A stretch of 28,567 nucleotides of DNA from Candidatus Micrarchaeia archaeon. GTDB lineage: Archaea > Micrarchaeota > Micrarchaeia > Norongarragalinales > CAINOH01. The notes under the pieces were generated by a model, which saw only the letters and a list, made by a program, of their open reading frames with translations, was not told the DNA's origin and made no database searches. Position 1 is the stretch's first letter, and each line of letters starts with the position of its first letter. The DNA lies in the NCBI GenBank assembly GCA_041652355.1, contig JBAZHM010000001.1, forward strand, positions 1 to 28,567. The letters run 5' to 3'. A program made the position numbers and the translations under genes. Positions 7,977 to 16,687 of the stretch are shown here, one piece after another.

Positions 7977-10900
7977 TCAACTCAACGATGAACACGATGT
8001 TATAGGACTATCGTTATTCTTGATTAAGGCCTGATTAAACACTCCGTCAATATCGCAACAGCCAGTACGCTCTGTACAACTGGATGATTTGGAAATATAA
8101 TGACAAGCATTGGTAAAATAGAGACCGGTGCAACTACTGCGTATCTCTGCTTGATAACACTCGGTGTACTGCGTGCCGGACTTATAGCAAACCTTGTACC
8201 CGCTAGTGGTGGTCGACGGAGATGAACTCGAAGAAGTCGATGCTGAGCTAGACGCCGCGGCGGATGTTACTGGTTTAAGTTTTTTGCAGATATTGGAGTC
8301 GGGAGTAGTTAACTTACAACCGGCAGCACTACATGGCGTGCACTGTGCAGAGTGAACATACGACGTAGAAAACTTTTCGGGCTCATCGCAGTTTTCAACG
8401 CCACACGTGTTACCTATTGAACAAAGTGCACAAGTTCCTTTGTTATCGCCATCCCAGTTCGCTTCAGAGAAGAAACACTTTAATTCGGGATTTATCAAAG
8501 TGAATGGCGAATAAAAAAAATCCGAAGGAATTGGATTATTTCCTTTCACACATTCTTTTAGCTTGAGATCTGCATCAGCTGATTTATCTCCATCGATTTC
8601 ATTAGGCGTACTATAGGGGCATTCAACTCCAAAGAAGCAACGCTTGCATCCAGGATCTTTGCTACAGTCATCGATTGCTTTTGTTGCAGCATCGCCAGGG
8701 GTGGTCAACGGAACCAATATTCCTTTGTATTCATCATAGACAGAAGCTCCAGCCTTCTGCGAACATTTCGCAGCGTTCCTTATGTCCGCAACCTTTGCTA
8801 TGATGGGAACTTCCCCGTTTTGGTAACGCACAAAACCGGAGGCACGAAGGGAGCAGGTGGAGCTAATAGGCGTCGTATACTTACCGCTATAAATCCAATA
8901 ATTGTTGTTGGAAGGTGAATATAACGAAAGTGACATCTTGATATCTGTATCACCATATGAATCCTGGCGTTTCTTTCCTGGCGCAGTAACAAGGAACTTT
9001 TTATTTTCTTCCGTACCCGGAATTAATCCAGCAGAACTGGTTTCAAGCGAATATTCAAAAGTACCAGTTATGTCTACAAGCGTGTCTTCAAGATATTGAA
9101 TTGCGAATATCTTCAAAGCGTTGTCCGAAGGATCAACCCCGCTTATACGAACCTCGCCAAAAGGCCTTGTCGTTCGTAATCCAAGCTGTTTATCAATCGC
9201 AGATTTAAACTTATCGTCCACGTTCAAATTAGCTTTGAGGTTAGTAACCGGTGTTAAAGCAGTATTAATCATATCCCTAACCTTAACGAGGTCAATATCG
9301 TGTGCAACAAAAGTAGACGGCAAGATGCCAGTAGTACAGGGTCCAGTAGTACAACTGTCTGCAAAGGAAAGCTTAATCGGAGTATAGAATTCACTTGTCG
9401 TTCTTGAAATTGACTTGAAACCATAATCGAAACCAGCTATGGCACCTTCAGGAGATAATTTCGTTAACTCAACCAGAAAATTATTATCAACCTTGAAAGG
9501 ATAATTTGTCTTGTCAAATTCAAGCTGAATATTACTATAGAGATATTGCGAATAAGTCTCCTTCAGCTTTGCCTGCAACGCAGGTGTTGCATCGTACGGG
9601 TCGTAGTTTTCAGGATTGTCCTTGTCGAACGGCACGAACATCTTTTCATAGTTGTTGAACAAGCCTGCTGCGAAAGTATACTTGTCAGTGTCAATGGTCA
9701 CTATTTTTACAGGCTGAACAGCAACTCCATTAAACCCTCCAGTGAAACTGAAAGTAACAGACGGAGTGCATGATTTGCAAGTAGGGTCATAGGATAGGCG
9801 TTGCAAGCAGTTGACCGGAGTAGTCGAATAGGTGTATTTTTCAGATATTGACTCTGCATCAGCACCAGGGTAAGTGATAAGCAAATATACCTCTTTGACT
9901 GCTTTGAAATTAACGTCACCCGCAGGTGAAAAAGCACCGTTTGAATACAGATATGCGGACACAACCGATGTGGTTGACGAAACAAGTTTCATTGATTCAT
10001 CCATAACATCTGCGTCAACCGTAAAGTGCATCAAGAACGCGCCGATTGGCACGATTGATGAAACGCCAATATATGCCGGAGACAATGAGGCAGCAGTACA
10101 TAAAACGTTGTCACAATACAAGCCATCTTTTTTAACCGTAATTTCAACAATGGGTTTTGCGATAAATGCGTCATACGCGTTTTTGGCGATGTTATCCTTG
10201 ACTAACGTTTCATACTTGAGGAAACCACCTGCAGTACTGCCCGTAGTTGTGCCGCCTGTTCCGCTACTATCAGTATCTGTACCGGAGCTGCTTGCAAAGT
10301 TTCCTTTCGACTCTGAAGAGAGAAGTTCCATTGGTTTGCACATTAAACTATCTGTCGCGCTTGCTACGTACTTCTCGCCATACACGGCATTACATTCCCG
10401 CCGTGGCATGATGGACAAGATGAATGGATCGTCTAAATTTCCTGAAACAGTGGAACACACCGGACCGTTACGTGTTATGGAACCAGTTACGCAGAACGGG
10501 GCGTCAACGGGACAGCCATTTGCATCGTGAGGTAGAACGGTCTTGGTATATTTTCCAGTATTCGTATCATACTCATAGCTCACTTTTATATTCGGATTAC
10601 AAGTGCAGGCGGAACTAAAGCCTAAAAGACCAGTTATAACCGTGCATACCTGCCCATCACGATTTCCTCCCGAGACACTGCACAAAGTAGAACCTGCTTG
10701 TTGTACGCAAGGCTTGTTGACTGGACTGCTGCAAACACCATTAGTAAATCCGAGCTTGTTGCATACAAGCTTGATTGACTGCGTAACTGGTTTTTCGTCA
10801 ATTACTGCATCATCAATAGTCATCGTTTCACACTGCGAATCATCCGTACAAGGCGCGCCTAGCTTCTTTGCATCACCTGCAAACGAAACGCTTGACTTTC

Positions 10901-13900
10901 CGCTAAATGAAAGGCTTCCGGTTGCAAGACCGGTTGAGGGCGATGCTGGTGCGACGGAGCCAGATTTCTTCTTCAGGCAAAGTCCAAAGCTGTTGAATGA
11001 AAGACTGTGTAAGGGTTTTCCATTCCATTCACAAAGGTAGTTTTCAAAACAATCTTGGTCTTTTATGCAATATGCGGCACACGCAGCCAGTTTTTCTCCT
11101 TCGTAAAGGCATAGGGGATCGTCAGGAATCGCATTGATATTACAACTGCTCACGATACAGGCTGAACGAGACGGGTTGCATTCAGAACATACGCGTGCAC
11201 CGGTTTTCGAAGAACAGATACCCGTAGTTGAACCATAAGTACCCGATGTTGGAACAACACACGAGAAAGATGAACCAAGAGGCGTGTCTGGAAGATCATA
11301 GTTAGATAAGTCAATTCCAGTCATAGCTATCAAGCATGAACCTCCTGCAGTACTGCAAACGTTCTTGCCGTTTTCTACGTACAAAACACCAATCCCACCA
11401 TCAACTCTACTTCCTGATACTTGAGATTTGGAAGTGGTAGCTGATGAAAGGCATAATGCATCATCTTTGTTCCTCGTGCAAGTCGGGCCGTAAATTCCGG
11501 CTTGATTGCAGTGGTATCCTGCGCCGCAAGTCTGTCCATCGCAAATTTCAAGTGCGGCTGGACTTCCACCTTTAGAACATACGCCATTACTGCAGGTCTT
11601 GCCATTGAGGCATGAAGATGGAACAGTAGTGCATTCGCATTGACTTTTTTGGATATTACAAACCGGTGTTTCTCCAACGCAAACTTCTTTTTCATTACTC
11701 TTTGTGCAAGACACGGGTTTTTGATTTTCTACAGGAGTGACAGGAGCAGTCCATTTTTCACACTTTTCGTCAGCAGTACAGATATCAGGCTGCTTGCAAT
11801 CTATGCAAGGAGAAGTATCAGAAATTGATTTCTTTTCCGAACAAAGACCGTTTCCATCCATCGCATCATCTCCGATGTCAACGCAGTATCGTGCTTCTTC
11901 TGGACAACCATTGGCACCTTCCGGGACTTTAGTGTTGCAAACGCAAGTGCCAGCCAAGTCAGGATTGTTTGTTATGCGAACATTCGCACACTTCAGGGGG
12001 AATTTGCAAGTCTGAGTAGAATACTTAGAGTCACTACTGCAAAGCTCGCCATAACCTACTTCCGTGGAAGCGACGCACTTGGAATTTTTGCATACGCCAG
12101 TCTTGCAGCAGGGCGTGCTTCCTGTTTTGCAGTCATCTCCGATATAACTCGTGCACGATGATTTGTCGCCAGTGTCGTCCGTATCGTCATCATCAGTATC
12201 GTCCGTATCGTCATCATCAGTATCATCTAGTGGCTCGCAGTCAGAATTGCATTTTTTGCCATCAGAACCACACAAGGACACATCACAATTTGTCGGGGTT
12301 GTTGTCGGAACCGCTGTTGGAGTTGCCTTGAGCGCGAACTTGAAACTGATTAGTTTGGTTTCGGTGCTGCACTTTCCTCCATTTTCGGTCAGGCCGCAGC
12401 AGGAGGCATAGAACATATTATAGCCTTCCACAAGAGGGGGAGTGTCGGTGCCCCCATTCAGGGACATGCCCATCTGGTGTACCATCGGGTTCAACCCGAT
12501 TGGGAAGGTGTATACCGAGTTGAGGGTGCATATTGCAGCCTTATCTGTTGTAAGGAGTATGTTGAACGGCTGGTAGTCTATTGGAGCGTCTGTGGCGGGG
12601 TAGTACGAGAGTATCTTTGGTGCAACGGTTTCTATTGTGCCAAAGCAGTTCTTCACCTCAACGGAGACTGTTTTTGTCCGCGGTCCTGCAACTGCGGACA
12701 CTTGAAGCGCCAAGGTCTTGTTTTTTACAGTGGGCACTATTGCAAAATCATTGGAGGCGCTTCGTGCAATCGTGGTTTTGTAGCCCGTTTCAAGGCTGGT
12801 TGTGCCTTCAGTTGTTTTTATGGCAAGCCCCGGCCCGGTCAGAGTCAGGCTGACTTCGCCTTGCACATCAGTTGGGAGGGTGTTTGCAACGGTTATCGTG
12901 CTTTCGCTGTCGCAGTTGCCCTCGCTTGAAGTGTAGATTATCTTTGAGGGGGAGACTGAAAGGAAGTCATTGATTGTTTTTATGTCGCAGCTGGAGTATG
13001 ATATGGACTGTATTGCCCTGCTCTTGTCAAGAGCCTCGGCATTGAACACTATTGAACACTCCTTGTCGTTTGCAGCCGGCTTGACTGTGAACATCCCAAG
13101 CCTACGGTTTGGAAGCACGAACTTGTAGTTGTTTGTAAGGAACGAGTCGTAAACAACTGTTGACGTTGCCTGCTGGAAGGAGCCTGTTCCGGAAACGCCA
13201 TCCCACGGCTCAAGCGAGTATGAGTAATTGACCATCAATGCGCACGAGGAAGTCGCGTACACCGTGAGGTTCAAGTCAAGTGAGTTGCGTATGCGGATTG
13301 TCCTGTAGTCTTCCAGGCCGCAAGCTTCAATGTAATTTGGTGACACTGAAAGGAAGTCCTTTCCAAGGACGGGTACAATCTGTTTTTGAGACGCATAATT
13401 TGAACTTTCCACGAGCACGTCAAAAGTGCCTGCCTCTGTCGGGAGAATTTCATCGAAATTGTAAACCCCGTTGTAGCCTTGATTATCCTCAAACAACGCT
13501 CCCCCGGAAACCGGCTCCGGCGGGTTTTCCGAAAACGGGGTGCCGGTGTTTTCAAGTATTGAAATCGTAGCATCGGTGATTGCCTTGCCAGTCACCGCGT
13601 CTGCAACCTTGATTGACAGGTCGGTAGTCTCGGTTGAGTTGACCTTGTCGGGCTTTACGTAGACTATCTTCATCGTGCCATCGCCTTCTATGGTGACGTA
13701 GCCTTTTGCGGATACAAGCTCAGTGGCGCCGTTGTAGAAAGTTATTGAGAATATGCCTGAGCTGACGGGCATTACTGGAAGGAGATAAAATGAGAGCGCT
13801 GCAGGCTCGCTGAATGGCAAAAGCTGTATGGTTGTGTTTGATAATGACTTGTCAGCAGAGCTGGACACTTTCTTTTCTGCGTCGGTTACTATTGAATAGT

Positions 13901-16595
13901 TGATTATCTGCATTGCGCCGCCATCCGACTTGACAAACAACCTCGGGGAGGTCACTTGCTTAAGTAGGCGAATCTCGGCTTTTGCAATCAGTGGCTTGGC
14001 GATTGTTGCCAGGTAGGATGCGCCGTAATTTGCATTGCCATCTGAAAAGTCAAGGGAAATGCATGCGGAAGAAGTGCATGTCGAGCGCCCGATTGCAATG
14101 GAGTACTCGTTTTTGCTTGAACCCGCATAGCACCAGTCGCGGCTTGAGGTGCGGAGCAGTGAGTTAAACACGGTGTCAACGGGGGACCGGATGTAAGAGT
14201 CGTTCGCGCCAGACGGGGAATACCACCCGTTGTAGAACACTTGGAGCTTGTCTGTTGTTGTGGCATCCGGTTTTGTCAACAGGCGCACTGAAATTTCCTT
14301 AGAGCCGCTTGTATCCGAAAAGTCATAGGAAACCCACTTGAAGTAGCCCAGCTCGTTGTTTGCCTTCAAGTCGTTTGAACAGCTTGTTGAAGGGAGGTAG
14401 GCTGATGCAAATATGGGCGCAGGAGAATTGTCTGACGTGCCGTCCTTTATTATGACGAACTTTTCCTTGGAATCTGATGCCGAAAGCCCTTCCTTTCCTG
14501 ACGTGCCAACGCGAACCATCATGCCGGATTTTGAGGAAGCCCCCATTGACGGGATGTTGATTATGAACTTTGCGTAATAGTTCCTCCCGTTGTCAATAAG
14601 AGTCAGGTTCTTGTCAGCATCGTCGTAGATTCCAATCAGCTTGACAAAGAACTGGTCCTTGAGCTTTGATGAAAGCAGGAACACAGTGTAGTCTTTGGAT
14701 GAGCCTGTTGAGAGCACGAATGCGTTTGATGTGCGCGTCTCATATCCTGATGAGGAGACTTCGATGTACACCTTTGAATCTGCCCGCACTTTGCACGAGT
14801 AGGAATTACTGGAATCCGCAGTGCACGTAATGTTTTTAGGCATGTCGTCGCCAAACGCAATGACGTTACCTACAAGGTTTGAGCTGTTGATTACATCCTT
14901 TACTGAAACGGCTATTATTGCGGTTGTGGGTTCGAACTTCACTACTACACTGGAAGCGTTGATGTCAGACGCTCGGACGGTGTAGGTGCTCTGGCCTTTT
15001 TTGGATAGCTTTTGTGCAACTACATAATAGTCCATTTTTAGTGCGATGTTTGTCAGGGTCACTTTGCCGTCTGCGTTTGTGCTGGCATCAGGATAGCCTG
15101 CACGGTTGCTGTTGTTGTTCAAAAGCCAGACTGAAGCTGAAGCTGCATTTGTCGTCCCGTCAGACTCCAAGACCTGAACGTCAATGGTGCCAACCGAACC
15201 GGGAAGTATTTTTTTCAGCGTGAATACGCCTAATGTGCCGGGCTTCAAGTTTGACAGAGTATCAGGAAGGTAACTTTTAAGGTAGGCGCTAGCGTATGCG
15301 GTGATGTTTACAATCGTGATATTGCAAACTCCGAAACTTGAAACGCACCTATCCAAAAACGCGCCGGAATCCTTGTTGTAAACGCGTATTTCCGCCCCGG
15401 AAAGAAGTTTATTGGAGTCGTCGCGGACCTCAAAAAACACAGGTTCCAATGCGGATGAGGAAGTGGCAGTAGTAAGCTCAATTGAACGGATGGCATCTTC
15501 TGAAGGCACGATGTATTCTGAAGGGGAAGTGTACGCCTCATACTTCCGCAAGTCAGCGTCTGTTGCCTTTACATAGAAATATACTGCTGAGCCGGTGGAG
15601 ACGTTTTCAAAAGCCACTTGCCCAGCGGAAGTTTTGCGGGTTCCTAAAAGGCTGCCGCCCGAGTTGGACATTGTTACCTGCGCAATAACGGGTTCCCCGA
15701 GGGCGTTTGACACTTTTACTATCAATGTGACTTTTGCCTGAACTTTTTTGTCGCATTCTGAGCCGCTGCACTTGCTCGGGGTCTTGAGGCGGATTGTAGC
15801 TGAAAGCGAATCCGACGGGTCGATATAATAGTCGTCGTAGCTGGAGTAATCAGTCTTTGACACGCTGATTACGAACGGGTCCCTGTTCTTAAGCTCGAAG
15901 CGCACTACCCCGATTGAGTTTGTTGTCTTCTTCTGGAAATTGACTCCAAGGGAGGATGCGACAACCAACGCGCCGGAAAGCTGCTTGCCTGTCGCGTCGT
16001 CAAGGACAGTGACCGTGAAAACTTCACCTGGCAAAACCACCTCAACAAGCCGGATGGATACAGGGTTGGCATTTTCTTTTGATATAGTGCCAAGCGAGCC
16101 GGTGTAAGTTGAATAATTTTTTGCAGTGACTTTAATTGAAAGCTCCGTTCCAATGGGAACCGAGCTGAAAACCACCCTGCCGTTCTTAGAAAGCGCGGTT
16201 TTTAGCACATTCCCTTCGACTTCCGGACCCAAGTAAAGCGTTACCGTTGCGTCATTTACTGCTACACCTGACTGTGAGGAAAGATTTATGGTCACCTCGC
16301 CAGTTTGGCCGGTGCCAGTAAGCAGGAAAACCCCGCCGCCAAAAAGCAAAAGGATAAGCAGGGTCGCAATGGGAAAGCTTGGCACGCCTTTTCGTTCAAT
16401 TGGCTCGACAAAAGCCTTGTACACTGGAAGGTGGACCTTGTCCTCAAGGTAGTCCATCAGCTCGTAGTACTTGTCCTCTATTGAAAAGTAAGCGTCCTTT
16501 AATGAGTCCATCGGGCTTGATGGCAAAGCCCCGGCCTTTGCGGGACCCTTAGAATCTGTTTTTTTTGTCGCAGGAGGCTTTTCGGAGGACGGCAT
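7977..16595 (-). CDS. Giant membrane-anchored surface protein, paralog B (~2872 aa)
   Basis: Uninterrupted 8.6-kb ORF. ATG at 16595 is preferred to TTG at 16601. Features: AYFSIEDKYY..DYLED motif, one TM (IATLLILLLFGGGVFLL), Ig-like/carboxypeptidase-regulatory-like repeats, PT linker, Asp/Thr repeat, Cys-rich modules, shared domain, Cys-rich tail. Confidence 0.92.
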   Translation of the reverse strand: MPSSEKPPATKKTDSKGPAKAGALPSSPMDSLKDAYFSIEDKYYELMDYLEDKVHLPVYKAFVEPIERKGVPSFPIATLLILLLFGGGVFLLTGTGQTGEVTINLSSQSGVAVNDATVTLYLGPEVEGNVLKTALSKNGRVVFSSVPIGTELSIKVTAKNYSTYTGSLGTISKENANPVSIRLVEVVLPGEVFTVTVLDDATGKQLSGALVVASSLGVNFQKKTTNSIGVVRFELKNRDPFVISVSKTDYSSYDDYYIDPSDSLSATIRLKTPSKCSGSECDKKVQAKVTLIVKVSNALGEPVIAQVTMSNSGGSLLGTRKTSAGQVAFENVSTGSAVYFYVKATDADLRKYEAYTSPSEYIVPSEDAIRSIELTTATSSSALEPVFFEVRDDSNKLLSGAEIRVYNKDSGAFLDRCVSSFGVCNITIVNITAYASAYLKSYLPDTLSNLKPGTLGVFTLKKILPGSVGTIDVQVLESDGTTNAASASVWLLNNNSNRAGYPDASTNADGKVTLTNIALKMDYYVVAQKLSKKGQSTYTVRASDINASSVVVKFEPTTAIIAVSVKDVINSSNLVGNVIAFGDDMPKNITCTADSSNSYSCKVRADSKVYIEVSSSGYETRTSNAFVLSTGSSKDYTVFLLSSKLKDQFFVKLIGIYDDADKNLTLIDNGRNYYAKFIINIPSMGASSKSGMMVRVGTSGKEGLSASDSKEKFVIIKDGTSDNSPAPIFASAYLPSTSCSNDLKANNELGYFKWVSYDFSDTSGSKEISVRLLTKPDATTTDKLQVFYNGWYSPSGANDSYIRSPVDTVFNSLLRTSSRDWCYAGSSKNEYSIAIGRSTCTSSACISLDFSDGNANYGASYLATIAKPLIAKAEIRLLKQVTSPRLFVKSDGGAMQIINYSIVTDAEKKVSSSADKSLSNTTIQLLPFSEPAALSFYLLPVMPVSSGIFSITFYNGATELVSAKGYVTIEGDGTMKIVYVKPDKVNSTETTDLSIKVADAVTGKAITDATISILENTGTPFSENPPEPVSGGALFEDNQGYNGVYNFDEILPTEAGTFDVLVESSNYASQKQIVPVLGKDFLSVSPNYIEACGLEDYRTIRIRNSLDLNLTVYATSSCALMVNYSYSLEPWDGVSGTGSFQQATSTVVYDSFLTNNYKFVLPNRRLGMFTVKPAANDKECSIVFNAEALDKSRAIQSISYSSCDIKTINDFLSVSPSKIIYTSSEGNCDSESTITVANTLPTDVQGEVSLTLTGPGLAIKTTEGTTSLETGYKTTIARSASNDFAIVPTVKNKTLALQVSAVAGPRTKTVSVEVKNCFGTIETVAPKILSYYPATDAPIDYQPFNILLTTDKAAICTLNSVYTFPIGLNPMVHQMGMSLNGGTDTPPLVEGYNMFYASCCGLTENGGKCSTETKLISFKFALKATPTAVPTTTPTNCDVSLCGSDGKKCNSDCEPLDDTDDDDTDDTDDDDTDDTGDKSSCTSYIGDDCKTGSTPCCKTGVCKNSKCVASTEVGYGELCSSDSKYSTQTCKFPLKCANVRITNNPDLAGTCVCNTKVPEGANGCPEEARYCVDIGDDAMDGNGLCSEKKSISDTSPCIDCKQPDICTADEKCEKWTAPVTPVENQKPVSCTKSNEKEVCVGETPVCNIQKSQCECTTVPSSCLNGKTCSNGVCSKGGSPAALEICDGQTCGAGYHCNQAGIYGPTCTRNKDDALCLSSATTSKSQVSGSRVDGGIGVLYVENGKNVCSTAGGSCLIAMTGIDLSNYDLPDTPLGSSFSCVVPTSGTYGSTTGICSSKTGARVCSECNPSRSACIVSSCNINAIPDDPLCLYEGEKLAACAAYCIKDQDCFENYLCEWNGKPLHSLSFNSFGLCLKKKSGSVAPASPSTGLATGSLSFSGKSSVSFAGDAKKLGAPCTDDSQCETMTIDDAVIDEKPVTQSIKLVCNKLGFTNGVCSSPVNKPCVQQAGSTLCSVSGGNRDGQVCTVITGLLGFSSACTCNPNIKVSYEYDTNTGKYTKTVLPHDANGCPVDAPFCVTGSITRNGPVCSTVSGNLDDPFILSIMPRRECNAVYGEKYVASATDSLMCKPMELLSSESKGNFASSSGTDTDSSGTGGTTTGSTAGGFLKYETLVKDNIAKNAYDAFIAKPIVEITVKKDGLYCDNVLCTAASLSPAYIGVSSIVPIGAFLMHFTVDADVMDESMKLVSSTTSVVSAYLYSNGAFSPAGDVNFKAVKEVYLLITYPGADAESISEKYTYSTTPVNCLQRLSYDPTCKSCTPSVTFSFTGGFNGVAVQPVKIVTIDTDKYTFAAGLFNNYEKMFVPFDKDNPENYDPYDATPALQAKLKETYSQYLYSNIQLEFDKTNYPFKVDNNFLVELTKLSPEGAIAGFDYGFKSISRTTSEFYTPIKLSFADSCTTGPCTTGILPSTFVAHDIDLVKVRDMINTALTPVTNLKANLNVDDKFKSAIDKQLGLRTTRPFGEVRISGVDPSDNALKIFAIQYLEDTLVDITGTFEYSLETSSAGLIPGTEENKKFLVTAPGKKRQDSYGDTDIKMSLSLYSPSNNNYWIYSGKYTTPISSTCSLRASGFVRYQNGEVPIIAKVADIRNAAKCSQKAGASVYDEYKGILVPLTTPGDAATKAIDDCSKDPGCKRCFFGVECPYSTPNEIDGDKSADADLKLKECVKGNNPIPSDFFYSPFTLINPELKCFFSEANWDGDNKGTCALCSIGNTCGVENCDEPEKFSTSYVHSAQCTPCSAAGCKLTTPDSNICKKLKPVTSAAASSSASTSSSSSPSTTTSGYKVCYKSGTQYTECYQAEIRSSCTGLYFTNACHYISKSSSCTERTGCCDIDGVFNQALIKNNDSPITSCSSLS
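12177..12224. repeat. Perfect 24-bp tandem duplication encoding the Asp/Thr tract DDTDDDDTDDTDDDDTDDT
   Basis: gtccgtatcgtcatcatcagtatc occurs twice (12177-12200, 12201-12224). Confidence 0.95.
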
Positions 16596-16630
16596 AGGCA
16601 AACACTTAAATTAAAACGGGCAATTGGGAA

Positions 16631-16638
16631 CTTAAATA
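16631..16638 (-). promoter_or_regulatory. Putative TATA box (TATTTAAG) of giant B
   Basis: 35 nt upstream of ATG 16595, within the 92-bp gap between A and B. Confidence 0.4.
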
Positions 16639-16687
16639 GGTTGTCTTAAAGGCGAAATAAAAACGCGAGTGGAAAAGGGGTTACTTG

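Noticed and set aside
7722-8005. ORFs of 66-86 aa in the gap between giant B and the 856-aa gene
   Set aside because: Low-complexity Phe/Pro or Lys/Gly translations of the terminator tract and promoter; no recognisable motif.
16559-16566. A8 tract near the 5' end of giant B (also 8-nt runs at 8513-8520 and 16963-16970) as phase-variation sites
   Set aside because: Runs of this length arise from Lys/Phe codons and also occur in leuS (near 26510); all frames are intact.
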